Source: Phycisphaerales bacterium
GTDB lineage: Bacteria; Planctomycetota; Phycisphaerae; Phycisphaerales; UBA1924
Direction of reading: 5' to 3'
Length of the DNA: 64,000 bases
Assembly (NCBI GenBank): GCA_965227775.1
Contig: OZ245777.1
Span: 1,728,001-1,792,000 of the forward strand
The notes beneath the pieces were generated by a model. That model had not been told where the DNA came from. It did not search any database and saw only the letters and a program-made list of their open reading frames with translations. The position numbers and the translations under genes are program-made. Every line of letters begins with the position of its first letter. Position 1 is the first letter of the stretch. Positions 56,406 through 64,000 of the stretch are shown here, piece after piece.

Positions 56406-59400
56406 CGGGCGCAGGGACGCACAGCACGTCACAGAGGTTCGCGGCGACCTCATCGGCGCTCGTCGTGAGCATCGCTAGGTGCGCAACGTCGATGGTGCGA
56501 ACATCAACCGGCCCACGCAGCCATGGGCGCAACCCGTTGGTGTGTGCGTGCCACACCGGTCGTGCGATAGTCCATGTTGGCGTCGAGCGGAGTAACACGG
56601 TTGGCACACGCACGGCTGGCGGTGTCCAATGCCTGAGCGTGCGATGGATGGTCTGCCATGTCTCCCGCCTGGCTTCGGCAGCGCGAGCCTCCTCGCTTGT
56701 CTGCGTTCTCGGTTGTTGAACACCCGGGTTGCTACGCTGACCGAGCGTGCGGACTCTCGCGTTCAGCTTGGCGAGCAACCACGGGATCGTGCGGCTCAGA
56801 TACGCTGGTGCGTACGCGTCGAGCAGCACGATCCGTTGCACGTTGTGGCCAAGGTCTGTCAGTCTCCGCGCCATGTCCATGACCACCAACCCACCGAGGG
56901 AGTAGCCAACCAGCGTGATCGGACCCTCACGACGGTTGGCCAGGGCGTATGAGTGCGTCAATGCTGCGAACCGCGTGAAGAACTTGTCTGCATCGAACTC
57001 ACTCAACTCGTCCATTGCAATGGTCGAAACGTCGAAGGCGAGCATGTCCATCGGAGTTCCGCTGTCATGGAGCTCGTACCAGAGCTTGTAGGCGTCGATC
57101 GCTCGGCCCGCGGAACCGGGTATGGCTACGCACCAGGGTGCCTCACCCGGAGTCTCGTCGGTAGCCGCGCGGGAGAACTCGGCGTAGGGATGCTCGACGT
57201 CGTCGCGGATGCTCTGTGCCAGACCGTCGAGCGTGGGCGTGCGGAGGAACTGGTTGAGCATCAGGCGTCGACCGAGCCGCTTGTGGACCGCGGCGGTAAG
57301 GCGCATCGCGAGCAGGCTTGTGCCGCCGTCCTGGAAGAAGTCGCTGGCCGGGCGTGGCGCGACACCAAGCAGCTCGGACCAGAGCTCTGCGAGCACCATT
57401 CGATCTCGCGTCGATGCACCACCTGTTGAAGTCTGAGCTTCGCTGAGTGCAACTGGCGGACTCGTAGACTGTAGGTCGCCCTTCAGGAGGATGCCAACGA
57501 CTTGATCGGCAAGGTGGCCGAGCCCCTGGGCTGCAAAGTGAGACCCAGAAGCCTCGATCCACAATCGAAGCCCGCTAGGTCGACGCTCGACGTGCAGGCA
57601 AAGCCCAAACCGAGCTGCTGGCTGTGGAATGTTGATGGGTCTTGCCAAGGAACTTCCGAACGGATGCGGCCGGTCATCTATGTATCGGTAGGTAAGCCCG
57701 AATCGCGTGGCGTCTCCAGCGCGCTCAAGTGCGGACGATCGAACTCGGTCGATCAGGGACTCGAGCGGCAGCGCTCGCTCCTCTTGGCCATCGAGCATTT
57801 GGCGGTGCAGGCTTTGTGCCACATCTACGAAGGTCTCGCCCGATCCCTCCATCGGGCGCATATCCAAGCAGCAGCCGACAACTCGCTGGAGGTCTTCTCC
57901 TGGTCGGCGCGCAAATGGAGTCATGAGCCATCGCCCGGGGGCGCCATACTGCGAGCGCAGCGTCAAGCCGAACGCCGCTGCAATCAGTGCCGGAGGCGAA
58001 ACGCCGATTGCCTCGGCTCGAGCGTCAAGTGATGCCTCGGTGAGCAAGTCACGTTCGATTTCGAAGACTCGACCTGCCTGCGGCCCCGTTGGCGGGAGCT
58101 CAGCGGCCGGTGGAGCACCGTGGCTGATGCGCGTTGCAAGATCGGCAACCAACCCGTCATCCATCATCGCCTGTTCGGCAGCAACAAACGCGGAGTAGGG
58201 CGGTGCTGGTTCGAGGGCGTTGCCCCTGAGCAGAGCATGTAGCTCACTCGTCACGATATCGAGCGACCATTCATCGATGGCGGCGTGGTGGAACACCATG
58301 AGTATGAGCTGCGAGCCGTCAGTCATTGGCCAGACATGCATTCGCGCTGGGGGATCGTCTGGGCCGATCGTGCGTGAGATCGCTTGGTGGACTCGTGGAT
58401 CGCCCGGGTTGGGCGCATCGAGGCGGTCATGTTCGGCGTGGAACACCCGAGCCAAACGGGGGTTGTGTTGGGCGAGTGAGGGGCCAGTGTCGGTGAACAC
58501 GACGCGCTCGCGTAGCGCGTTGTGACGCTCGAGCAGCGTGAGCCATGCTTCGCGGAGGCGATCCACATCGACAGCCTGATCGACATGCAGCGCGTGGTGG
58601 ACGAGCATGGCAAGTCCTGTGCCATCTCGCTCGTGCTCAAGGCTCGCACGACGACGAATATCCCCAACCTGGGCGGTCGTTTGGCTTCTCGGCGCTGTTA
58701 CCGATCTGGGCAGATCTGGAAATACGCGGGCGATGTTGTCGATCGTCTGGTGCCGAAGGATCTGGGCGGCAGTCAATTCGACGCCCAGGTCACGCCGAAC
58801 GTCGGCGCTGATGCGCATGGCAACAAGCGAGTGACCGCCCGCCTCGCGAAACGCCTGGTCCGGGCGGATGGGTCCGCCAAGTCGATGCGAGAACATGTTG
58901 ACGAGCGTCGTCGCGAGCCCGCTGGCAGAATCCGAGTCTTGGGGTTCCTCCCGTTCAAGTTGTGCAACGAGCGCGTTTCGATCGACCTTGCCCGATGAGC
59001 CCATGGGCATCGCCTGTACCGCTACGAAACGGTCGGGCATCTGGGTGGGTGCGAGCCGCATCGCTAGCGCTTCGCGCACGGTCGTGGCGGTCGCATCACC
59101 TTCGGCGATGAAGAACGCGATCATGCGTCTGGTTTCCGCCGTGTCACCGGTGACCGCAACAGCCGCTTGCTCGACGCCTTGGCACGAAGCCAACAGGGCC
59201 TCCACGCCGTCGGGTTCGACGCGGTGTCCGCGGATCTTCACTTGGCGATCGACGCGGCCCTCGAAAACGGCCGCGCCGTCATCTCGCAGTCGCACGAGGT
59301 CTCCCGTGCGATACCAGCGCTCGCCGCTCGAATCGACCGGGAACTTCTCGCTCGTCTTCGTTTCGTCGTTGAGATAGCCAATGGCTAGGCCTTGTCCACC

Positions 59401-61845
59401 AACGAGCAACTCTCCTTCACGGAGTGGAGAAGCTGGTGCGTCGGGTCCTTCGCCCGGAGCGATGATGCGCATGGTGCTGCCATTGATGGTTCGACCGATG
59501 GGGATTCGGTCTTGCTGCGCGTCTTTATCAGTGATGGTATGGCAGAGGCTGAAGGTGGTGTTCTCGGTTGGGCCATATCCATGGATGAGGGCCACGCGCG
59601 GGCAGTGCCGCTTGAACTCTCGAATGTGCCGTGCGCTCTCGCGTTCGCCCCCGGTCAGGAGCTGACGCATGTGTGCCATGGACTCTGGGTGCTCATCGAC
59701 CATGGCATTGAACAATGAGGCGGTGAGCCACGTATCGGTGACGCGTCCATCAACCAGGTACGTTGCGAGATCGTCGGTGTTGGGGATGTTCATGGCTTGT
59801 ACCACGCAGCATCCGCCATGCAGCAGCGCTCCCCAGATCTCAAGCGTCGAAAGATCGAACGCGGTCGCGCTCATCACGCCCCAGCGTTGAGTGTGGTCAA
59901 AGGTCGCGTAGTCGGCGAGGTGGACGAGTCTCACGACGCCGCTATGAGGCACCACCACGCCCTTGGGTGTTCCCGTTGTGCCGCTGGTGTACATGATGTA
60001 CGCGGCCGATTCGGGCTGTACCTGGATGTCTGGTTCGTCGCCGGCGCGTGCGACCGTCTGGGGGCCCACCATGCCCGGCTCATGGCCGACGACGACCGGC
60101 GAGCCCAGCGGATCGAGCATGGCTTGGCGTCGTGGGGCATCTGGGTCTATGGGTGCGTAGGCGGCACCGCAACGAAGGACGGCCACGATCGAGATCACGT
60201 AGTCCGCGCACCGTGCCATCACGATGGGCACGGAGTCGCCCACCTTGATCCCACGCTCGCGAAGTTCGCGGGCGAGGGCGGCGCTACTCGCGTCGAGTTC
60301 CTGGTAGGTCAGTTGTCGTCCCGAGGGCCACTCTTCGATCGCAATACGATTGCCGTGCGTGTTGACGACGTGCCGGAAGCGGTCCGTGATGGTGGCAAAG
60401 TCGGTCGCCAGTGCCGACCTGTCGATCTTACCTGTCGTTCCCCGGGGCATGCTCGCGACGGGTACGAATCGTTCGGGTAGCAGTGCTCGTGATACTCGAC
60501 CCGCCAGTTGGCTCCGAACGTCGGTTGCGGTCGCATCGGGCTTGGGCACAAAAAATGCCGTCATGCCCCGCGTCTCGGCTGAGTCTCCGGTCACCGCGAT
60601 CGCGCCTTGCTCGACGCCCGGGCACGCGGCCAGCTCGTGCTCGATGCCGTCGGGCTCGACGCGGTGCCCGCGGATCTTGACCTGGCGATCAACGCGACCC
60701 TCGAACACGGCGGCACCGTCTGCGCGCAGTCGGACGAGGTCTCCTGTGCGATACCAGCGGTTGCCGTTGCGATCGAGAACGAACTTCTTGGCCGTCTGCT
60801 CATCGTCGTGCAGATAGCCGAGCGCGAGCCCCGCGCCGCCGACGAGCAACTCCCCCGTTTTGTCATCCGCGGTTTGATCCGGTGAATCGCCCGGCTTGAC
60901 GATCCGCATGGTGCTGCCGCTGATCGGCTTGCCAATGGGGATTCGATCGCCGGCAGCATCCTCGTTGGTGATGGCGTGGCAGAGGCTGAACGTGGTGTTC
61001 TCGGTGGGCCCGTAGCCGTGGACCAAACGAACGCCTGGGTTATGCTGCTTGAATCGGCGCACGTGGGGAACGCTCTCGCGCTCGCCGCCGGTCAGGAGCT
61101 GGCGCATGCCGGCCATCGCGTGCGGTTGCTCGTCGACCATTGCGTTGAAGAGGGAGGCTGTCAGCCACGTATCGCTGACCCGTCCCTGAAGCAGGTAGTC
61201 CGCGAGGTCGCCCAGGCCCGGGGTCTCCATTGCTTGCACGACGCAGCACCCGCCGTGGAGCAGGGCGCCCCAGACCTCGAGCGTGGAGGCGTCGAACGCG
61301 ACAGCGCTCATCATGCCCCAGCGACGTTCGGGACCGAACTCGGCGTAGTTGGCATCGACGACGAGCCGGACGACAGCGCGGTGCGGCACGACCACGCCCT
61401 TTGGTTGGCCAGTCGTGCCGCTCGTATACATCACGTACGCGGGGTCTTCGGGAGAAGCGTCGACCCAGGTTCGTGCGTTCGGCTGCGTGGCATTTGTAGG
61501 ATCCAACATGCCCGGCTCGGTGCCGATGACGACGGGGGCGTTTAGCGGCTCGAGCAGCGAATCGCGTCTCGGTGCCGCGGGATCGATCGGCGCGTATGCC
61601 GCGCCGCAACGTAGGATGGCGACCACGGCGATCAGGAAGTCGGCGCAGCGTGGCATCACCAGCGGCACGAACGAATCGGGCGCGACGCCACGCTGCGAAA
61701 TCTCGGCCGCGAGCGCGCTGCTCGCCGCGTCGAGCTCGGTGTACGTCAGCGTGCGGCCGCTTGGCCACTCTTCGATGGCAACGCGATCGCCGTAGCGATC
61801 AAACGCGGAGCGCAGGGCCTGGGTGACGGTGCCGCCGGCGGGCAT
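56344..61845 (-). CDS. Non-ribosomal peptide synthetase, A-A-T-C-T-TE
   Basis: Two complete A domains (YTSGTTG.PKG, YGPTE, YRTGD, GK.DR); T GGHSL; C HHAAIDE; T GGTSL; TE GYSLGG; GAGAGG RBS before ATG 61845. Confidence 0.88.
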   Translation of the reverse strand: MPAGGTVTQALRSAFDRYGDRVAIEEWPSGRTLTYTELDAASSALAAEISQRGVAPDSFVPLVMPRCADFLIAVVAILRCGAAYAPIDPAAPRRDSLLEPLNAPVVIGTEPGMLDPTNATQPNARTWVDASPEDPAYVMYTSGTTGQPKGVVVPHRAVVRLVVDANYAEFGPERRWGMMSAVAFDASTLEVWGALLHGGCCVVQAMETPGLGDLADYLLQGRVSDTWLTASLFNAMVDEQPHAMAGMRQLLTGGERESVPHVRRFKQHNPGVRLVHGYGPTENTTFSLCHAITNEDAAGDRIPIGKPISGSTMRIVKPGDSPDQTADDKTGELLVGGAGLALGYLHDDEQTAKKFVLDRNGNRWYRTGDLVRLRADGAAVFEGRVDRQVKIRGHRVEPDGIEHELAACPGVEQGAIAVTGDSAETRGMTAFFVPKPDATATDVRSQLAGRVSRALLPERFVPVASMPRGTTGKIDRSALATDFATITDRFRHVVNTHGNRIAIEEWPSGRQLTYQELDASSAALARELRERGIKVGDSVPIVMARCADYVISIVAVLRCGAAYAPIDPDAPRRQAMLDPLGSPVVVGHEPGMVGPQTVARAGDEPDIQVQPESAAYIMYTSGTTGTPKGVVVPHSGVVRLVHLADYATFDHTQRWGVMSATAFDLSTLEIWGALLHGGCCVVQAMNIPNTDDLATYLVDGRVTDTWLTASLFNAMVDEHPESMAHMRQLLTGGERESARHIREFKRHCPRVALIHGYGPTENTTFSLCHTITDKDAQQDRIPIGRTINGSTMRIIAPGEGPDAPASPLREGELLVGGQGLAIGYLNDETKTSEKFPVDSSGERWYRTGDLVRLRDDGAAVFEGRVDRQVKIRGHRVEPDGVEALLASCQGVEQAAVAVTGDTAETRRMIAFFIAEGDATATTVREALAMRLAPTQMPDRFVAVQAMPMGSSGKVDRNALVAQLEREEPQDSDSASGLATTLVNMFSHRLGGPIRPDQAFREAGGHSLVAMRISADVRRDLGVELTAAQILRHQTIDNIARVFPDLPRSVTAPRSQTTAQVGDIRRRASLEHERDGTGLAMLVHHALHVDQAVDVDRLREAWLTLLERHNALRERVVFTDTGPSLAQHNPRLARVFHAEHDRLDAPNPGDPRVHQAISRTIGPDDPPARMHVWPMTDGSQLILMVFHHAAIDEWSLDIVTSELHALLRGNALEPAPPYSAFVAAEQAMMDDGLVADLATRISHGAPPAAELPPTGPQAGRVFEIERDLLTEASLDARAEAIGVSPPALIAAAFGLTLRSQYGAPGRWLMTPFARRPGEDLQRVVGCCLDMRPMEGSGETFVDVAQSLHRQMLDGQEERALPLESLIDRVRSSALERAGDATRFGLTYRYIDDRPHPFGSSLARPINIPQPAARFGLCLHVERRPSGLRLWIEASGSHFAAQGLGHLADQVVGILLKGDLQSTSPPVALSEAQTSTGGASTRDRMVLAELWSELLGVAPRPASDFFQDGGTSLLAMRLTAAVHKRLGRRLMLNQFLRTPTLDGLAQSIRDDVEHPYAEFSRAATDETPGEAPWCVAIPGSAGRAIDAYKLWYELHDSGTPMDMLAFDVSTIAMDELSEFDADKFFTRFAALTHSYALANRREGPITLVGYSLGGLVVMDMARRLTDLGHNVQRIVLLDAYAPAYLSRTIPWLLAKLNARVRTLGQRSNPGVQQPRTQTSEEARAAEARRETWQTIHRTLRHWTPPAVRVPTVLLRSTPTWTIARPVWHAHTNGLRPWLRGPVDVRTIDVAHLAMLTTSADEVAANLCDVLCVPAPATPPTHANQLSPNEHLPARP

Positions 61846-61960
61846 TGGTCCTCTCTCGGTGACATCGATGGGGCGACGGGCCGCACCATCACTTTCGTCC
61901 AGATAGGCTACCAACATTGGCCAAACTGACGCTGCTCCAGCGTGGTCGAGTCGAGCGGGA

Positions 61961-63139
61961 TCAGGGCGATCTGGCCGTTTCGATCCAACCTCCGCCCAGC
62001 ACCACGTCGGGCTCTTCGGCGTCAAAGAGCACGGCGGCCTGCCCCGGGGCGATGGCCCGCTGGGGCTCGTCGAATCGCAGGGCAAACCGGCCGCGGCGGC
62101 CAGAGGGGGTGGGGCGGTCCCCCTCAATCAGGTGGGTGATCGTCGCCAGGCACTCGCTGCCGTGCGCACGGTATCGGACGAGCACACGCTGGCCGCCCTC
62201 CGGCTTGGGGGCCAGCCAGTTCGCTTCACCAACCTCGACCGACTCGCACTGCAACGCGTCGGACCCGCCCACGGTGACGGTGTTGGTGGTGGGGTCCTTC
62301 GAAACAACGTAGAGCGGCTCGGCCGCTGCGATGCCCAGGCCGCGGCGCTGGCCGACGGTGTAGCGGTGCTGGCCGGCGTGCTCGCCCAGGGGCTTGCCGT
62401 CGATGGTCAGCACCGAGCCCGCACCGACGAGTTCGGGCCGGCGTCGCTCGACGAGCCCGGCGTAGTCGTCGTCGGGCACGAAGCAGATCTCCTGGCTGTC
62501 GGGCTTGCTGGCGACGTTGAGCCCCAGCGTGCTCGCGGCGTCGCGGACCTGCTGCTTGTCCTCGAACTCGCCGATCGGAAGCACCATCTCGGTCAAGCGA
62601 TCGCGTGGGGCGCCAAAGAGCACGTAGCTCTGGTCCTTGGCGTGGTCCCGGCCGCGCATGAATCGGGGCTCGGCGCCGCTCCGATCGACGCGGGCGTAGT
62701 GGCCACTGACGACCACCGAGGCGCCCACCGACTTTGCGTACGAGTGCAGCTTGCCGAACTTCAGCCAGTCGTTGCAGCGCACGCAGGGGTTGGGCGTTCG
62801 GCCCTGGGCGTAGGCGTCGACGAAGTAGTCAATGATGCGGCCGAAGTCGTCCTTGAAGTTGCAGACGTAGAGCGGGATGCCCAAGTCGGCGGCGACGAGC
62901 CGAGCGTCCTGCGCGTCGTTGATGGAGCAGCAGCCGCGGTGGCCGATCTTCGTATCGCCGTCGAGCTGCTCATCGGGCGAGCCCAGGCGCATGAAGCAGC
63001 CGACGACGTCCCATCCTGCGCGCACCATCGCCGCCGCTGCGACTGCGGAGTCGACGCCACCGGACATCGCCACCAGGGCCTTTCGGCCTTCGGCGGGCGG
63101 GATGGCGCTCAGGACATGATCGGGAATATCGATCGCCAC
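61961..63139 (-). CDS. mnmA: tRNA 2-thiouridine(34) synthase
   Basis: AMSGGVDS, TPNPCVRCN, SGHYA, KDQSY, DSQEICF, TVGQRRG, PGQAAV. Confidence 0.96.
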   Translation of the reverse strand: MAIDIPDHVLSAIPPAEGRKALVAMSGGVDSAVAAAAMVRAGWDVVGCFMRLGSPDEQLDGDTKIGHRGCCSINDAQDARLVAADLGIPLYVCNFKDDFGRIIDYFVDAYAQGRTPNPCVRCNDWLKFGKLHSYAKSVGASVVVSGHYARVDRSGAEPRFMRGRDHAKDQSYVLFGAPRDRLTEMVLPIGEFEDKQQVRDAASTLGLNVASKPDSQEICFVPDDDYAGLVERRRPELVGAGSVLTIDGKPLGEHAGQHRYTVGQRRGLGIAAAEPLYVVSKDPTTNTVTVGGSDALQCESVEVGEANWLAPKPEGGQRVLVRYRAHGSECLATITHLIEGDRPTPSGRRGRFALRFDEPQRAIAPGQAAVLFDAEEPDVVLGGGWIETARSP

Positions 63140-63169
63140 GTCAGATTCTAGTGGAGCCGGACGATGGGA

Positions 63170-64000
63170 TCAGCGAGCTTCTGCCTTCTGCGGTTCGGGG
63201 CGTGCTTCGGACGGGGTTGTCCCGCTGGGCGGTGGCGAACCTTCCAAGAACTGTCGGCGGAACGACTCGGTCGCGGTTGTCATGATCGGCCACGCGGCCA
63301 GCGGCCCTTCGAGCACCGTCGGTGGGCTGTGGGGCGTGCTGTTCACGTCGATCGCGTAGATGCGGCCGCTTGCGTTGTCGCGGAGCACGTCGATCTCGCC
63401 AAGGTCCAAGCCCATCTGGGCAGCGAATTCGATCAACAAGCGCTGCTCTTCGTCGCTGAAGAGCTCGCTCGGTTCGTGCCACGAGGCGTGCTCGTTGGTG
63501 TTAAGGAACCGCTGCCTCGCCGGGCGGTGCTTTCGGAACGAGCCGGTGATCTCTCGGCCGACGATCGTGACGCGAAGGTCGAGCACCGTCGGCTCGCGAA
63601 CTGGACGCCCGTCGATCTGCTCGACGGCGTTGTCGATGACGATCTGGTACACGCTGCCGGGGTCGGCCGAGTCGATCGGGCCCTCGACCACGCGGCCATC
63701 GTGGGCGGCGTTCTCGTCGCTCTTGATCACCATGGGGCCGGCGTGCTCGGTCGGCTCGACCGACATGCCATAGCCGAACACCTGCTGGTGGATGAGTTCG
63801 ACGCGTTGCTTGCTGATGTCCAGGCACCGCCCGTTGATGATGGGCACGCCCTGCGGCAGGCTACCGGGTGCGGGGGCGTCGAGGTGGGTGGTATCGCCAA
63901 AAACGAATCCCAGCCTGGCGTCCGGCGTGGGTTTGTTGACCAGTCGTAGCCCGCTCAGCCGGGCGATCTTCCACGCCAAGTGGGGACGCTGGGGCACGAG
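63170..64000 (-). CDS. ATP-grasp-like protein (probably 5'-truncated)
   Basis: SK..V, VIKS..N..HDG, VYQ, DLRV, GLDLGEIDVL..YAIDVN.TP. Confidence 0.6.
   Translation of the reverse strand, partial: LVPQRPHLAWKIARLSGLRLVNKPTPDARLGFVFGDTTHLDAPAPGSLPQGVPIINGRCLDISKQRVELIHQQVFGYGMSVEPTEHAGPMVIKSDENAAHDGRVVEGPIDSADPGSVYQIVIDNAVEQIDGRPVREPTVLDLRVTIVGREITGSFRKHRPARQRFLNTNEHASWHEPSELFSDEEQRLLIEFAAQMGLDLGEIDVLRDNASGRIYAIDVNSTPHSPPTVLEGPLAAWPIMTTATESFRRQFLEGSPPPSGTTPSEARPEPQKAEAR

Noticed and set aside
61846..62127. N-terminal extension of the NRPS ORF to 62127
   Set aside because: Overlaps the mnmA 3' end; ATG 61845 has an RBS and matches the start of the duplicated A domain
1..64000. tRNA, rRNA, IS elements, integrases, prophage genes
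   Set aside because: None recognised by eye; a tRNAscan/Rfam/ISfinder run is needed to exclude small elements

Overview
High-GC bacterial chromosome segment. The gene content (proteins ending in a 54-aa 'GC-type' dockerin, VPAP-type PEP-CTERM proteins, a TIGR02999-type ECF sigma/Ser-Thr kinase pair, zinc-ribbon membrane proteins) points to Planctomycetota, probably Phycisphaerales; this is an inference. From left to right the window holds: five secreted dockerin-tailed proteins (DNRLRE, GH56-like, FG-GAP and two Gly-rich paralogs); kbl/Rid; an ECF sigma-kinase pair; a methyltransferase/FAD oxidoreductase/type III PKS cluster; a type II secretion operon headed by three paralogous helical LTxEQ proteins; panD, GT4, icd, an S41 peptidase, aroA, an orphan groES and apt; two tandem PEP-CTERM proteins with a cohesin-like pattern; addAB divergent from lhr-pdeM; a stand-alone NRPS with A-A-T-C-T-TE architecture; mnmA; and a partial ATP-grasp-like gene. 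The best candidate for a new system is a surface-display platform combining T2SS export, cohesin-like PEP-CTERM anchors and interchangeable dockerin cargo. Part of that cargo shares an exact GTTGCCG-N16-TCGCGTT promoter-like motif next to the ECF sigma gene. No rRNA, tRNA, CRISPR array or mobile element was recognised. All family assignments come from motif recognition by eye, without database searches.
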